Below are positions 1 through 10,454 of a stretch of DNA of 64,000 nt, in pieces; the first letter of the stretch is position 1, and each line of letters starts with the position of its first letter. Source of the DNA: an uncultured Patescibacteria group bacterium (GTDB taxonomy: Bacteria; Patescibacteriota; Microgenomatia; UBA10105; UBA927); contig CAKZSU010000006.1 of assembly GCA_937921305.1 (NCBI GenBank), positions 1,089 through 65,088 of the forward strand, written 5' to 3'. The position numbers and the translations under genes were made by a program. Under the pieces are notes generated by a model. That model saw only the letters and a program-made list of their open reading frames with translations, was not told the origin of the DNA and ran no database searches.

Positions 1-339
1 AGCATATCGTGAAAAAACATTCATCTTCTTTTCAATACTTCTTTTGGATTCGATAACTTCATCGCTATCTAAAAACATAATATATCTTCCACGCGCATGA
101 ATAAATCCGAGATACTTTGCGTAAGCTGGAAAAATTTTCTCATTGTAAAAGATTCTACAATGATATGATTTTGCTATATCTATAGTATTATCCGTTGACC
201 CACCATCTACAATAAAAATTTCAATTTTTTTAGATGGAAAAGTCTGATGGTTGATCGAATCTAAAACAAAAGGGAGTAATTTCGCAGAGTTTAATGTTGC
301 TATAACAATTGTTAATTCTGGAGATCTTCTGTCGTTCAT
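1..339 (-). CDS. Glycosyltransferase family 2 (GT-A). The N-terminal part starts at about 339 and the gene runs off the window start.
   Basis: Reverse-strand translation begins MNDRRSPELTIVIATLNSAKLLPFVLDSINHQTFPSKKIEIFIVDGGSTDNTIDIAKSY... This is the typical GT2 N-terminus, with a 'VIxxxN' beta-strand and a 'DGGSTD' nucleotide-binding loop. The ORF is cut by the window edge. Confidence 0.6.
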   Translation of the reverse strand, partial: MNDRRSPELTIVIATLNSAKLLPFVLDSINHQTFPSKKIEIFIVDGGSTDNTIDIAKSYHCRIFYNEKIFPAYAKYLGFIHARGRYIMFLDSDEVIESKRSIEKKMNVFSRYA

Positions 340-349
340 TTAATATCAT

Positions 350-1453
350 TTAAAGAAAATTAACAATAATTTCTGATGGTCTTTTTCTTAAGGAGATTTT
401 TCTCCTTTGAAATTTATGATAATTATTTATAAATTCTTCTATTATTCCAATATTATTTTTACTTAAGACAACATTTTGACCTAATCCTTCGATTCGCTCA
501 GTAACATTTCTCAACAAGAGACAAGGTTTGCCCATGTAATACAATTCTTCCTGATTGCTTCCACCATCAGTTATAACAAATTCAGAATTTTCGAATAAAT
601 GAATAAAATCAACATAAGGAAGACGAGAAATTCTTATGATTCTTTTCGAAATTTCTAAGGGCAAAACTTGAGATAGTAGTTTAATAAAACTATTAGAAAG
701 ATCGTGAGCTAAAAAGACACAATAAAAATTAGAAGGAACAATATCTAAAACTTTGCTTATAACCTCTACCATTTTTTTCTTTCCGAAAACAACATGTTCT
801 TGTCTGTGAACAACAAGGACAAAATATTTTTTATTATTTTCTTTAAGAGTTGTAACTAAAGGATGGATGCTTCTTTTTTTGATAGCGTTTAAATATATTT
901 CTATGAGCGTATTTTGATAAGTATTCAATTTTTTCCCTCCTTTATTTTGAAGATTTTTCATTGCCCATTCATTTGGACAACAATGCACATCTGCCAAAAA
1001 AGAGATAATATATCTACTCATTTCTTCTGGAAAAGGCTCAAAAAAATTAAAAGATCTCAATCCTGATTCAATATGAACAAGTTTCAAACCATATATCTTA
1101 GCAATAAAAGATCCAATAACAGAAGAAATAGTGTCTCCATGAACAATAAAGATTGAATTTGACTTATTTAAACCATGAAATGCATCGCGCATTCCTATTA
1201 ATAAAGATATAAATGCTCTGACTGCCCATAGAAAAAATAACAACAAACAAGAATCTTTTGATTTTGGAGTAACAGCATATACAATGTCTGAATTCTTTAT
1301 AGAATCAGCAAATTCTTCAAATTGAACATCGTTTTGACCCGAAGTAATGATCATGAATCGCAACGATCTTTTGTTCATTTCTTTAATAAGAGGAATAAGT
1401 TTAATTAATTCCGCTGTTGTTCCTATAAAAAAAAATATTTTTTTATGCTTCAT
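350..1453 (-). CDS. wecB: UDP-N-acetylglucosamine 2-epimerase (non-hydrolysing), WecB/MnaA family
   Basis: 367 aa. The motifs HIESGLRSFNFFEPFPEEMSRYIISFLADVHCCPNEWAMKNL match the conserved 'H(V/I)EAGLRS...PFPEE.NR...D.HFAPT' core of UDP-GlcNAc 2-epimerases. Confidence 0.75.
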   Translation of the reverse strand: MKHKKIFFFIGTTAELIKLIPLIKEMNKRSLRFMIITSGQNDVQFEEFADSIKNSDIVYAVTPKSKDSCLLLFFLWAVRAFISLLIGMRDAFHGLNKSNSIFIVHGDTISSVIGSFIAKIYGLKLVHIESGLRSFNFFEPFPEEMSRYIISFLADVHCCPNEWAMKNLQNKGGKKLNTYQNTLIEIYLNAIKKRSIHPLVTTLKENNKKYFVLVVHRQEHVVFGKKKMVEVISKVLDIVPSNFYCVFLAHDLSNSFIKLLSQVLPLEISKRIIRISRLPYVDFIHLFENSEFVITDGGSNQEELYYMGKPCLLLRNVTERIEGLGQNVVLSKNNIGIIEEFINNYHKFQRRKISLRKRPSEIIVNFL

Positions 1454-1553
1454 AACATAGAAAAAATGATTTTTAAATTTATATTGTTATTCTTAACAAA
1501 TCTTAAAAATCATAAAAGATAAATAAAAATAATAACGTCTTTCCATAATTTAT

Positions 1554-2342
1554 TTAATAAGAAATAGCTAATCTTCTAAAAAAATTCATAAAAGCAACTC
1601 TTTTTTTCCATGGAATGGATAACACAAGTGTAAATATTAAAGCGCTCATCTTACTTAATAAAAATTCTGATCTAGTTTGTACACTTCTAGAAGAGGAACA
1701 TAAAATGTTCTCATTCTGAGAAAAATATGAAAAAGCTTCTCTAGAAATCTTCCCTTTTTCAACAACCCTTAAAAAGGTAAATAAAGGAATCATGTATGTG
1801 TAATATCCATCAAAATACGAAGATCTATAAGAACCCATAATTTCAAAATTCCAAGGATTTTCTCCCGGTATCAATAATTTTTCTAAATGACTTTTTTTCC
1901 AAAAACCTTCAATAATAACCCTATAGGGCACTCCTTTTTCATAATAACCAAATATGTTATTTTCTAAAAATACTCCATCGGGAGATATAAAAGGAGAAAA
2001 ATGGATATGATTCGCTTTTCTATCAATCATAAATTCGAAACATGTGTAAAAATTTTGTGTTTGCACATAATCAGCAAGAAAGAAATCTTCTAACCAAATA
2101 AAAAGATACTCTTCTTTTATTTGACTTAGAATTCTTAGTAAATCTGTTGACCAATCAACGCCTTCACCTGACAAAACAGTTTTGACTCGAAGAGAACGAT
2201 TATTATGTGATACTGTGTTGCTTCCTAAATAAATCTTAAAAGGACAGCCTGACCAATATTTATTAAATAAATAGAAGAAAGGATCCCATAAGTCAGAATA
2301 TTTATCACAGGACAATACAAGAATAGCACATTTATCTTTCAT
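1554..2342 (-). CDS. Hypothetical protein, 262 aa, with no recognised family. Its position between wecB and the GT2 genes suggests a sugar-modifying role.
   Basis: Intact ORF that begins MKDKCAILVLSCDKYSDLWDPFFYLFNKYW. It has no TM segments at the N-terminus and I see no clear motif. Confidence 0.3.
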   Translation of the reverse strand: MKDKCAILVLSCDKYSDLWDPFFYLFNKYWSGCPFKIYLGSNTVSHNNRSLRVKTVLSGEGVDWSTDLLRILSQIKEEYLFIWLEDFFLADYVQTQNFYTCFEFMIDRKANHIHFSPFISPDGVFLENNIFGYYEKGVPYRVIIEGFWKKSHLEKLLIPGENPWNFEIMGSYRSSYFDGYYTYMIPLFTFLRVVEKGKISREAFSYFSQNENILCSSSRSVQTRSEFLLSKMSALIFTLVLSIPWKKRVAFMNFFRRLAISY

Positions 2343-2383
2343 GAAAAATTATCCTGTTTCTATAAAATTAATGAAACAAAGAA

Positions 2384-3439
2384 TTATTCATAAAAAGTCC
2401 TTCCAATTGCTTGATAAAAATAATATCTGAATGGAGTTTTTTTAACGGTTCTTTTCATATACCACTTATCCGAAACTTTGCGAATATTTTTTTGTATATA
2501 ACATCTTTTCCTTATTGTATCTTTGATATGCACCATATTCCAAAGCAACGCTTTTTGAACGGAAAAAAATATTGAAAACGTTCCTTTGATGGCATGCAAC
2601 AACGCATACACTTCGCACGCAATAATGTGAACAGGTAATATCGTGACTAATGATATGATTTCTAAATTTTTAAGATAGCTTGCGATTCTATTCTTGAACG
2701 AATGGTATTGAATAAACGCTTTATTCATGGTTTCACTTGTGCCTCCCATTTTATGATAAATAACGGCATCTGGAACATAGACAATCCTTTTCCCTGACAA
2801 CCATATCCGATTCGCCATATCTGTTTCCTCAAAATATGCAAAAGCTTCTGGATCAAATAACTTACCATCAACCAAGACATTTTGAAGAGCGGATCGCTTA
2901 AATATCATACACGCTCCCTTTGGAGTAAAAATATCAATACTTTTTTCATATATCTTGTTCACTCGATTCATAAAACAGTAATGATACAAAAAACCTGTCG
3001 ATGTTAAAAACGCTCCTATTGTATCGTATCTATCCCTATCGTTCATGAGAAGAATTTTGCTTTGCGCGCCGGCAATTGTATCATCCTTTTCTATCGCACT
3101 AACAAGATTATTCACAAATTCCGATTCCACTTCGACATCGTTATTCAAAAATAAAACATACGCGCCTCTTGATACTTCAAACCCTCTATTATTCGCTTCC
3201 GCGTATCCAAGATTCTTATCAATAGAAATAATAGAAACATCTGGGAAATGCTCGCTCACCCATTCTTTTGTGCCGTCTGTTGAAGAATTATCGACAAGAA
3301 TAATTTCAAACGGTCTATAAGAAACTCTGAACAAAGAAGGAATGCTTTTTTTTAACCAATGCAATCCATTCCATGAAACGATAATAATGGAAACTAATTC
3401 CCTATTTTTTTTATTATCGACTCTTTTTTTTTTACTCAT
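2384..3439 (-). CDS. Glycosyltransferase family 2
   Basis: VSIIIVSWNGLHWLKKSIPSL...FEIILVDNSSTDGT...FLNNDVEVE. This is the GT2 signature, with DxS/DGT and an 'NND' variant of DxD. Confidence 0.75.
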   Translation of the reverse strand: MSKKKRVDNKKNRELVSIIIVSWNGLHWLKKSIPSLFRVSYRPFEIILVDNSSTDGTKEWVSEHFPDVSIISIDKNLGYAEANNRGFEVSRGAYVLFLNNDVEVESEFVNNLVSAIEKDDTIAGAQSKILLMNDRDRYDTIGAFLTSTGFLYHYCFMNRVNKIYEKSIDIFTPKGACMIFKRSALQNVLVDGKLFDPEAFAYFEETDMANRIWLSGKRIVYVPDAVIYHKMGGTSETMNKAFIQYHSFKNRIASYLKNLEIISLVTILPVHIIACEVYALLHAIKGTFSIFFSVQKALLWNMVHIKDTIRKRCYIQKNIRKVSDKWYMKRTVKKTPFRYYFYQAIGRTFYE

Positions 3440-4284
3440 GACAAAAAATGCTGATTATTTCTATATCTTCCAACAAGATATCCCAATGCGAGAGCAATCA
3501 TCTCAAGAGTTTTCAAAACAATAGTTCCGATAAAGATATGCACAATTCGAAAAGACAATCGAGGATTTTTTATAAACAAGAGAAATCTTTGGAAAAGACT
3601 CGATTGCTTCATAAAATTGTTTTTGTTCTCTATTTTTTTTCTAAAATTACTCATAGACAATCCATAATAAAATTTCTTTCTTAAATGAGATAAAAGATGT
3701 ATTCTTCCTTCATTGTGAATAATTACCTCGTTTATTCTTGAAATCGATTTTTCTCCGTAATGGAATATCAACCGTTGAGGAAGATCAAAATCTTCAGGAC
3801 CTGTTAACGACTCATCATACCCTTCTAATTCCCAGAAAACATCTTTCCTAAACGCTCTTGGCATCTCAATCCATGCAGCGCCAAGATAACTCTGCCTTTC
3901 ATACATTTTGCATGCTGACCAGAATCCAATCCCAATAGACTCCTCAGGAATAATAATTGCCTTAACATGTGGATCTTTCTTAAAGACAGCAATAATCTCC
4001 GAAAGAACACCATCGGACATCATCATGTCTGAATCTAAGAAAACGAGATATCTTCCTTTCGCTTTTTTCGCTCCAAAATTTCGCTGAGATGATCGCTCAA
4101 CACCATGAATATAAACTTTTTTTGTATATTGCTTCGCTATCTCTCGTGTTTGATCATGAGAATGATTGTCAACCACAATAATTTCAAATGATCTATATCG
4201 TTGTTTTCTCAAGCTTTCTAAAAGATTTTTCAAATGAAATTCTGAATTTTTTGTTGTGATGATAACGCTTACATCAACTCTCAT
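3436..4284 (-). CDS. Glycosyltransferase family 2
   Basis: VSVIITTKNSEFHLKNLLESLRKQRYRSFEIIVVDNHSHDQTREIAKQY...VFLDSDMMM. GT2 fold motifs. There is a 4-bp overlap with the upstream gene. Confidence 0.75.
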   Translation of the reverse strand: MRVDVSVIITTKNSEFHLKNLLESLRKQRYRSFEIIVVDNHSHDQTREIAKQYTKKVYIHGVERSSQRNFGAKKAKGRYLVFLDSDMMMSDGVLSEIIAVFKKDPHVKAIIIPEESIGIGFWSACKMYERQSYLGAAWIEMPRAFRKDVFWELEGYDESLTGPEDFDLPQRLIFHYGEKSISRINEVIIHNEGRIHLLSHLRKKFYYGLSMSNFRKKIENKNNFMKQSSLFQRFLLFIKNPRLSFRIVHIFIGTIVLKTLEMIALALGYLVGRYRNNQHFLS

Positions 4285-4296
4285 AAATATGATTTA

Positions 4297-5610
4297 TTAC
4301 TGTTCGTTATACCCAAGAATTGTCCATATGTTTAAGATGAAAATCAATAGAAAAACAAAAATGATGCTTGCCAACTCTATTTTTCTAAACGCCTTATGAT
4401 GAAAAAAATAAGAGATTCCAGTAAGTCCGCACAGAATAAGAAACAATCGATATGCTCCATAAGAAAATCCAAAGAATGGCTCCCATGTGTTTTGAAACAA
4501 TGATAAACCAATCACTGTCGATGAAAAGAATAAAAACAACGATCGATATTTCAACGCATCGATAAATACAACAGCTAACGCAATAGCGAGAAAGGGATAA
4601 AAGGGATATCGATACCAGCCATGACCTGGCTCATTCGGAATGCCGAAGATATAAATCGCGAAGTAAGAAAGCAAACCAAAAATGATAACCGCGTGTCGTT
4701 TCGTGTTTGAAAGAAGGATAAAAAACGCAAACCACCCCGCGTATAACCATCCATCCAAAAATGATCGATCAACAAGCATTGGATTCGTGAATAAAGAAAA
4801 CACACCGTCGAATGTTATATCGTATCGATGCAATTGAAATCGCCAAAGATTGATAAACACTTCCCAGTCCCATAGATACCCCCAAAGAAAGTACAGAGAA
4901 AAAATACCAGCAACCAAACAAATGTATTGAATTACCCTTGCGTACATACGATGATAGAACAGGAGAAAAGATCCGCCTATTGCCGCCGACCACCAAGGAA
5001 CTTTCGCAAGCGTAAGCAAACCAGCGACAATCGCGCTTCCATAAAAATATCGAGTTCGTTTTACCTTTATATATTTAACCATCGCATACAACACCAAAAG
5101 AAATCCTGGAATAAAAAAATTCTCGTTTTGAACAATCCGAGAACCTACAACAACGGTAGGGATAATCGCGTATAAAAATGAGGAAACGAGCCCAATCTCA
5201 TCACCATACATCTCTCGCGCCAGAAGAAATACCATAAGAATACTCGATATCCCCAATATCAATGCCAATCCTCGAATATGAGAAATATCAACAGTGCGCA
5301 TATCTTTTGCCCCCGAGAATAATGCGTAGCTTCCGACAATGAGTCCAAATAATGGCGGATGTTCAAGATATGGTTCGACAAGCCAATATGGCGTTCCCTT
5401 TTCACTCACATAGTGCGTTCGAAGTTTATATTGCGGATGAGGAGACCACGATACCGGCTTTCCTTTTTGAAGAATATTCATACCAAGCCATGTCCATGCA
5501 TATTCATCAAAAGTCGATCCTTCCCGTGGCCATGTGAGATAATTATGTCTTCTCAATAGAAATCCCAAGAAGAGAATACACAGCAAACTAATAATCGTAA
5601 TCTTTTTCAT
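4297..5610 (-). CDS. Polytopic membrane protein, probably a GT-C-fold glycosyltransferase (PMT/ArnT-like, orphan member)
   Basis: More than 10 predicted TM helices. There is a 'TFDEYAWTWLGMNIL' DE-loop straight after TM1, as in GT39/GT83 enzymes. The track ORF (to 5691) is probably over-extended. The internal start MKKITIISLL at about 5610 abuts the upstream stop. Confidence 0.5.
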   Translation of the reverse strand: MKKITIISLLCILFLGFLLRRHNYLTWPREGSTFDEYAWTWLGMNILQKGKPVSWSPHPQYKLRTHYVSEKGTPYWLVEPYLEHPPLFGLIVGSYALFSGAKDMRTVDISHIRGLALILGISSILMVFLLAREMYGDEIGLVSSFLYAIIPTVVVGSRIVQNENFFIPGFLLVLYAMVKYIKVKRTRYFYGSAIVAGLLTLAKVPWWSAAIGGSFLLFYHRMYARVIQYICLVAGIFSLYFLWGYLWDWEVFINLWRFQLHRYDITFDGVFSLFTNPMLVDRSFLDGWLYAGWFAFFILLSNTKRHAVIIFGLLSYFAIYIFGIPNEPGHGWYRYPFYPFLAIALAVVFIDALKYRSLFLFFSSTVIGLSLFQNTWEPFFGFSYGAYRLFLILCGLTGISYFFHHKAFRKIELASIIFVFLLIFILNIWTILGYNEQ

Positions 5611-6725
5611 ATTTGAAAGGATTGAATCGTCTTTTCCAACAATCCAAGACTTTGCTCTGTGACATCTTCCCATCGCAAGGAATGAACCCATCGTTTACCG
5701 TTTTCTTGAAATGTTTTATAGAGTTTTTTATTTCGAAGCAAAAAAACAGCTTGCTTTGCCAATTCCTCTGGAGAATTTTTTCGTATTACAATTCCAGTTT
5801 CTCCGTCCTTTACGACATCTCGAAGACCATGAACATTGTACACAACAGATGGCGTTCCTTGTTTTGCCGCTTCAAGAACAACAAGCCCCCATCCTTCTCG
5901 CATGGAAGCGTGCAATAAGATGTGAGATCTTGCCATAATTAACAACTTTTCATCTTCGGAAACTTTGCCAAAGAATGTTGTCGAATCCTGCAGATGTAAT
6001 TCTTTAATTATATCTTTTACCTTGTAAACATACCTCTCTTCTCCCGAACCGACGATAAATAGTTTCGCTTTGGGTTCTTCTTTTCTGATGTAGGAAAATG
6101 CTCGAATGACATCCTCCACCCCTTTCATTGGGACAATTCGACTCACAAATAAATATGTGGGATTCTTTTCTTTCTCTTCAGATTTTGTTTCATAGTGACG
6201 AAGAATTGGACATGGAATTGCGTGACATAGATTAGAAGATATCCCCACAGAAATTAATTCCTGAACCATTGATGGAGAATCTGTCCAGAACGGAATATTC
6301 CTTTTATTATATAAACGAAGCAAGCGAAGTTCTAACCACTTTCCAAACAAACTTATTGGAAAAGGAAATACCGTATCCCAGATATCGCCGGCGACTTCAT
6401 GAATAAACGCGACAGTGGGACGACGAAACACAAAGAATGAAAAAAACGGCAATCCATGAATTTCATCAACAATAATGTCATACGATGATGCATTGCGAAG
6501 AAGATACATGGCCGCAAAAATACAAAAAGAATACTCCCCTCCTTTTCGGATAACCCGAATTCCATCTCGAATCTCTAATGGACTTGCGGACGGAAAAGAA
6601 GAGGTAAAAAGATCAACTGCATGCCCCTTCGTAATCCATGCTTTTGCGTGTTCTTCTGTGACAATTTCCGCGCCGCCGGATTTTGGATGAGATGTGTCTC
6701 GCCAATTGAGAATCAATATATTCAT
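5607..6725 (-). CDS. Glycosyltransferase family 4 (GT-B, retaining)
   Basis: The C-terminal half has ...HASMREGWGLVVLEAAKQGTPSVV..., which is the E-x7-E motif of GT4/GT1 enzymes. 372 aa. Confidence 0.75.
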   Translation of the reverse strand: MNILILNWRDTSHPKSGGAEIVTEEHAKAWITKGHAVDLFTSSFPSASPLEIRDGIRVIRKGGEYSFCIFAAMYLLRNASSYDIIVDEIHGLPFFSFFVFRRPTVAFIHEVAGDIWDTVFPFPISLFGKWLELRLLRLYNKRNIPFWTDSPSMVQELISVGISSNLCHAIPCPILRHYETKSEEKEKNPTYLFVSRIVPMKGVEDVIRAFSYIRKEEPKAKLFIVGSGEERYVYKVKDIIKELHLQDSTTFFGKVSEDEKLLIMARSHILLHASMREGWGLVVLEAAKQGTPSVVYNVHGLRDVVKDGETGIVIRKNSPEELAKQAVFLLRNKKLYKTFQENGKRWVHSLRWEDVTEQSLGLLEKTIQSFQI

Positions 6726-7528
6726 AAGCGTTTTTTTGAAAACGTAAGATTTGGATCGTTATGCCACCGAAAGATACTTTTGCTATCGTAATACCCAAGT
6801 AATCGCAACTTTAAGAAGATATCGATCGTGTCTCTCAGCATGCGGAGTATAACTCTCCATGTATTCCACCCTGTAATGCTTGAACCAACTTTTGAGAAAT
6901 CAAGTTCTACCGGAGATTCATAAATTCTTGTATATCCCAAATGATTCGTGACAGCGAGTAATTCAATATCAAATGAAAATCCATCATGAGACATTCTTGG
7001 CAAGACGTCCTCAAGAACTTTCCGCTTATAAATTTTTAATCCAACCTGTGTATCTCTTACTTGCAATCCAAATAACACTTTTACCAGTAATTGATATCCA
7101 AATGACAAAATAGTTCTATGCCATGGATATGAAACTTTTGACGCCGGATGACGTTTACTCCCAACGATAATATCCGCGTTATACCACCGCATATGTTCAA
7201 GAAGCATAGAAATGCCAGACTCTCGAATTTCTCCTCCAGCATCGATAAACGCGACGACATCTCCACGCGATCTCGCCATTCCATATCGAACCGCGTAGCC
7301 CTTTCCTTTGTTTTGCTCATATCCATAAATTCTTAAGTGCTTATTTTTCACTTTTTTTGCTTGCTGAAGTGTGTTGTCAACAAATCCATCCACAACAACA
7401 ATCACTTCATATGGAAGGCGAGTCATGTCCAATTCCGCGATAATTGAAAGAAGATTTTTTTTTATCGTCTTTTCTTGGCGAAACACCGGGATAATGACGG
7501 AGAGAAATTCATTGGAATGATTTTCCAT
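6722..7528 (-). CDS. Glycosyltransferase family 2 (DPM1-like / polyprenyl-P-sugar synthase-like)
   Basis: LSVIIPVFRQEKTIKKNL...YEVIVVVDGFVDNT...GKGYAVRYG...AFIDAGGE. The likely start is M21 (MENHSNEF...). Confidence 0.7.
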   Translation of the reverse strand: MENHSNEFLSVIIPVFRQEKTIKKNLLSIIAELDMTRLPYEVIVVVDGFVDNTLQQAKKVKNKHLRIYGYEQNKGKGYAVRYGMARSRGDVVAFIDAGGEIRESGISMLLEHMRWYNADIIVGSKRHPASKVSYPWHRTILSFGYQLLVKVLFGLQVRDTQVGLKIYKRKVLEDVLPRMSHDGFSFDIELLAVTNHLGYTRIYESPVELDFSKVGSSITGWNTWRVILRMLRDTIDIFLKLRLLGYYDSKSIFRWHNDPNLTFSKKRL

Positions 7529-8771
7529 ATCGGTAGTATAGCAAAAGAACAAGGGTAAGAATTCCTGAAACAAACGATATGCTAACAATCACTTCATAGA
7601 GCGACGCATGAAAAAATAAAATGACAACAGAATGCACTATGCTTCCTATAAAAACAAGAAATCCAGCAATCGTTTTATTGATCGCAAGACAAACTGTCAT
7701 TAAATAATTCAGCATGGTAACAAACGCCATAAAGACGCCATATTGACTAATATATTGATTTGCATTCATAAACGCTTCCCCAAATAGGATTCGTATAACA
7801 AACTCTCCGAGAAACATATACATCCCAACAATTGCTGATGAAAGAATCGCAACAGAAAACAAACCAAAGTAAAACAAACTCGCGTATGGAATGCTCTTTT
7901 CCTTTCGTTCAGCAATCATTGGAAAAACAACAATAACGATTGGCGAAGCAGCAAAAAAAATAATTTTGCCAAATATCGTCAACGACGCGTAAATACCAGC
8001 TTCGGTCGCATCAAAAAAATGCTTTACCCAAATCACATCCATATTAAAAAACGCTGTCATGCCGAGCGTTGAAAACAATACGGGCACCGCGAATGAAAAA
8101 ACAGTTGAGAATTTTATCTGTATCCGTTCAGCTGGTTTCGCGAAAAGAAAACGAACGGAAAGCGCGTAAAATACTATGGCAATATATTCAGACATTGCGT
8201 TTCCAAGGATTGTAAGAGGAACGCTGATTGGCGCAAACGCTATACCGGAGAGCAATCGAAGAAATGTCAAAATAGACATATTCAAACTCGACAAAAAAAA
8301 TCGTTGATATCCATTTAATAAAGAAGAAAATACCGCGATCCCAAACGAGCCAACAACAGTAATATATAAATAAATAAAACTATCAAATCGATAGATGTGC
8401 GTTAAGCGCTGAAGAAACGGAAGGAAAAATAAAAATATAGGAAATGCAAGCAATGAAAGACCGATAATCCATCGCATGGTTTTTACAAATAACGAACGAG
8501 CCTCTCCAATATGATCTCTTGCTTTATAGATAGAAAAATACTTTGTTAACACGATTTGAAGAACATTCGCGGGAACGCTAAATAAAAAGAGAAAAGAAAT
8601 AAGTGTGGCAAATTCGCCATATTGTTCCGGACCAAAAATTCTTATAACAACAAGCTGATAAAGATATGCTCCAAAATTTATAATCATTGTTCCAAAAAAC
8701 ATAATGAAACTATTTCGGGCTGCTGGATTACGAAAGAGATGAAGAACGTTTTTGAAGATCATATTAATCAA
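7509..8771 (-). CDS. Wzx-like oligo/polysaccharide flippase (MOP superfamily, polysaccharide biosynthesis protein)
   Basis: 420 aa with about 12 TM helices. The N-terminus has an NxLxxFxxNPAxRNSFIMFFGTMIINFGAYLYQLVV pattern typical of Wzx/PST-family transporters. Confidence 0.6.
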   Translation of the reverse strand: MINMIFKNVLHLFRNPAARNSFIMFFGTMIINFGAYLYQLVVIRIFGPEQYGEFATLISFLFLFSVPANVLQIVLTKYFSIYKARDHIGEARSLFVKTMRWIIGLSLLAFPIFLFFLPFLQRLTHIYRFDSFIYLYITVVGSFGIAVFSSLLNGYQRFFLSSLNMSILTFLRLLSGIAFAPISVPLTILGNAMSEYIAIVFYALSVRFLFAKPAERIQIKFSTVFSFAVPVLFSTLGMTAFFNMDVIWVKHFFDATEAGIYASLTIFGKIIFFAASPIVIVVFPMIAERKEKSIPYASLFYFGLFSVAILSSAIVGMYMFLGEFVIRILFGEAFMNANQYISQYGVFMAFVTMLNYLMTVCLAINKTIAGFLVFIGSIVHSVVILFFHASLYEVIVSISFVSGILTLVLLLYYRYGKSFQ

Positions 8772-9450
8772 TAAATCGATATTTTATTAATGTCCATACG
8801 GCGCTAACCCCATCCCTCCATGTTAACTTTTTTCCTTCTTCAAATTTTCTTCCCAAATATGAAATAGGAACTTCATAAATTTGATATCCTCTTTTCAAGA
8901 GCTTTGCCGTAACTTCTGGCTCAAAATCAAATCGTCTCGCTCGAAGACGAAGATCTTTGATGACTTCTCTTCTAAATAACTTGTATCCTGTTTCCATATC
9001 GGTGATATTCGAGTTGTATATAACATTTGTGAGAAATGTGACAAATTTATTCCCTATCGTGTAAAGAAACATCGTTGAAAGATGAGATCCTAAAAATCTA
9101 GATCCATAAACAACATGAACGCGGGGATTATTGAATGGTTTCAACAATTGTTCATAGTCATCCGGCGTATATTCAAAGTCAGCGTCTTGAATCAACAAAA
9201 TATCTCCTGTCGCTTTTTTAAATCCTCTACAGACAGCGTATCCTTTTCCGTAATTTCTATCCAAAAAAATAATCCTGTGCTTTTTTACATATTTTTGCAA
9301 TACATCTCTCGTGCCATCGGTCGAACCATCATCGATGATGATAAGTTCTTTTCTCCAACCCGGAATATGTTTTTTTGAAACAACCTCGAGCACGAGATCA
9401 ATCATCGATCGTTCGTTATATACCGGAATAATAATCGAAACCTTTTTCAT
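8764..9450 (-). CDS. GT2 polyprenyl-phosphate sugar synthase (dolichyl-phosphate mannosyltransferase-like)
   Basis: 228 aa. VSIIIPVYNERSMI...LIIIDDGSTDGTRDVL...GKGYAVCRGF...LIQDADFEYTPDDY. This is the classic DPM1/GtrB-like architecture. Confidence 0.75.
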   Translation of the reverse strand: MKKVSIIIPVYNERSMIDLVLEVVSKKHIPGWRKELIIIDDGSTDGTRDVLQKYVKKHRIIFLDRNYGKGYAVCRGFKKATGDILLIQDADFEYTPDDYEQLLKPFNNPRVHVVYGSRFLGSHLSTMFLYTIGNKFVTFLTNVIYNSNITDMETGYKLFRREVIKDLRLRARRFDFEPEVTAKLLKRGYQIYEVPISYLGRKFEEGKKLTWRDGVSAVWTLIKYRFID

Positions 9451-10454
9451 ATAACGCTGTTATACACTGTTGTTGTTTCATCGACAACACGTCTCCATGT
9501 AAACTGTTTTACCCATGATAACGCCTTCTTTCCTTCTTTTTCTTTATCTTTTTGAAGAGCGATTCTAATCCCGCGAACGACATCTTCAATACTCCACGGA
9601 TTCACAAGAACTGATGGTCCGGCAATCTCCACAGGACTTGAAACATTTGACACAACACATGGTGTTCCACACGCCATAGATTCAACAATTGGAAATCCAA
9701 ATCCCTCGGCGTAAGAAAGACACAATGTTAGTCTTGCGAAAGAGTATATACTCTTCAATTCATCCGTTTCAACAAAACCCAATGTTATAATTTTTTTCTT
9801 CAACCCTTCTTTGTCGATAATTCTTTCTATTTCTTGTACTTCTTGTATCGATACATTTAAAAATGCTTTGCCAACAAGCACAAGCGGGATATCAATGTTT
9901 CTCATTGCGCGAAGCATGGTGGGAATATTTTTATTCCAATTGACATCACCAACATATAACAAATATTCATCAGGGAGACGATATTTTTTCTTAACCGATC
10001 GATCGTATGTCGGAGTAAATGAAGGATCCGGCGCGATAGGTACAACATGAACATTCGCATCAGGAACATGGACGATCCGAACGATATCGTTCTTTGACGC
10101 AAATGAATCAGTAATAATGGCTGAAACGCGTTGAAGTTTCCATTTTTGTATTCGCCATGCAATCGATCCTCGGATACCCGCAGGAAAGTGTTTTGGGTAT
10201 ACCAATGGAATAAGATCGTGAACCGTAACCACAACTGGTTTGTTTTTTATAAACGGCATCGTGAAAAAAAACGGATCGAAAAACGGATAGTGAATACAAT
10301 CAATATCTGGAAGATCGCGGAATGAAAGAAATTGATAATAGATATTGTTTTTATCAAACAAAGAAAACGCTTGAAGAAGAAGACGAAGATATGTCCCAGA
10401 TCCTCTCGCGGCATGAGCGTTACGAAGCGGCAAGATATTTATTCCGACGCGCAT
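9447..10454 (-). CDS. Glycosyltransferase family 4
   Basis: ...YAEGFGFPIVESMACGTPCVVS... E-x7-E motif. The likely start is MRVGINILPL, a typical GT4 start. Confidence 0.75.
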   Translation of the reverse strand: MRVGINILPLRNAHAARGSGTYLRLLLQAFSLFDKNNIYYQFLSFRDLPDIDCIHYPFFDPFFFTMPFIKNKPVVVTVHDLIPLVYPKHFPAGIRGSIAWRIQKWKLQRVSAIITDSFASKNDIVRIVHVPDANVHVVPIAPDPSFTPTYDRSVKKKYRLPDEYLLYVGDVNWNKNIPTMLRAMRNIDIPLVLVGKAFLNVSIQEVQEIERIIDKEGLKKKIITLGFVETDELKSIYSFARLTLCLSYAEGFGFPIVESMACGTPCVVSNVSSPVEIAGPSVLVNPWSIEDVVRGIRIALQKDKEKEGKKALSWVKQFTWRRVVDETTTVYNSVI

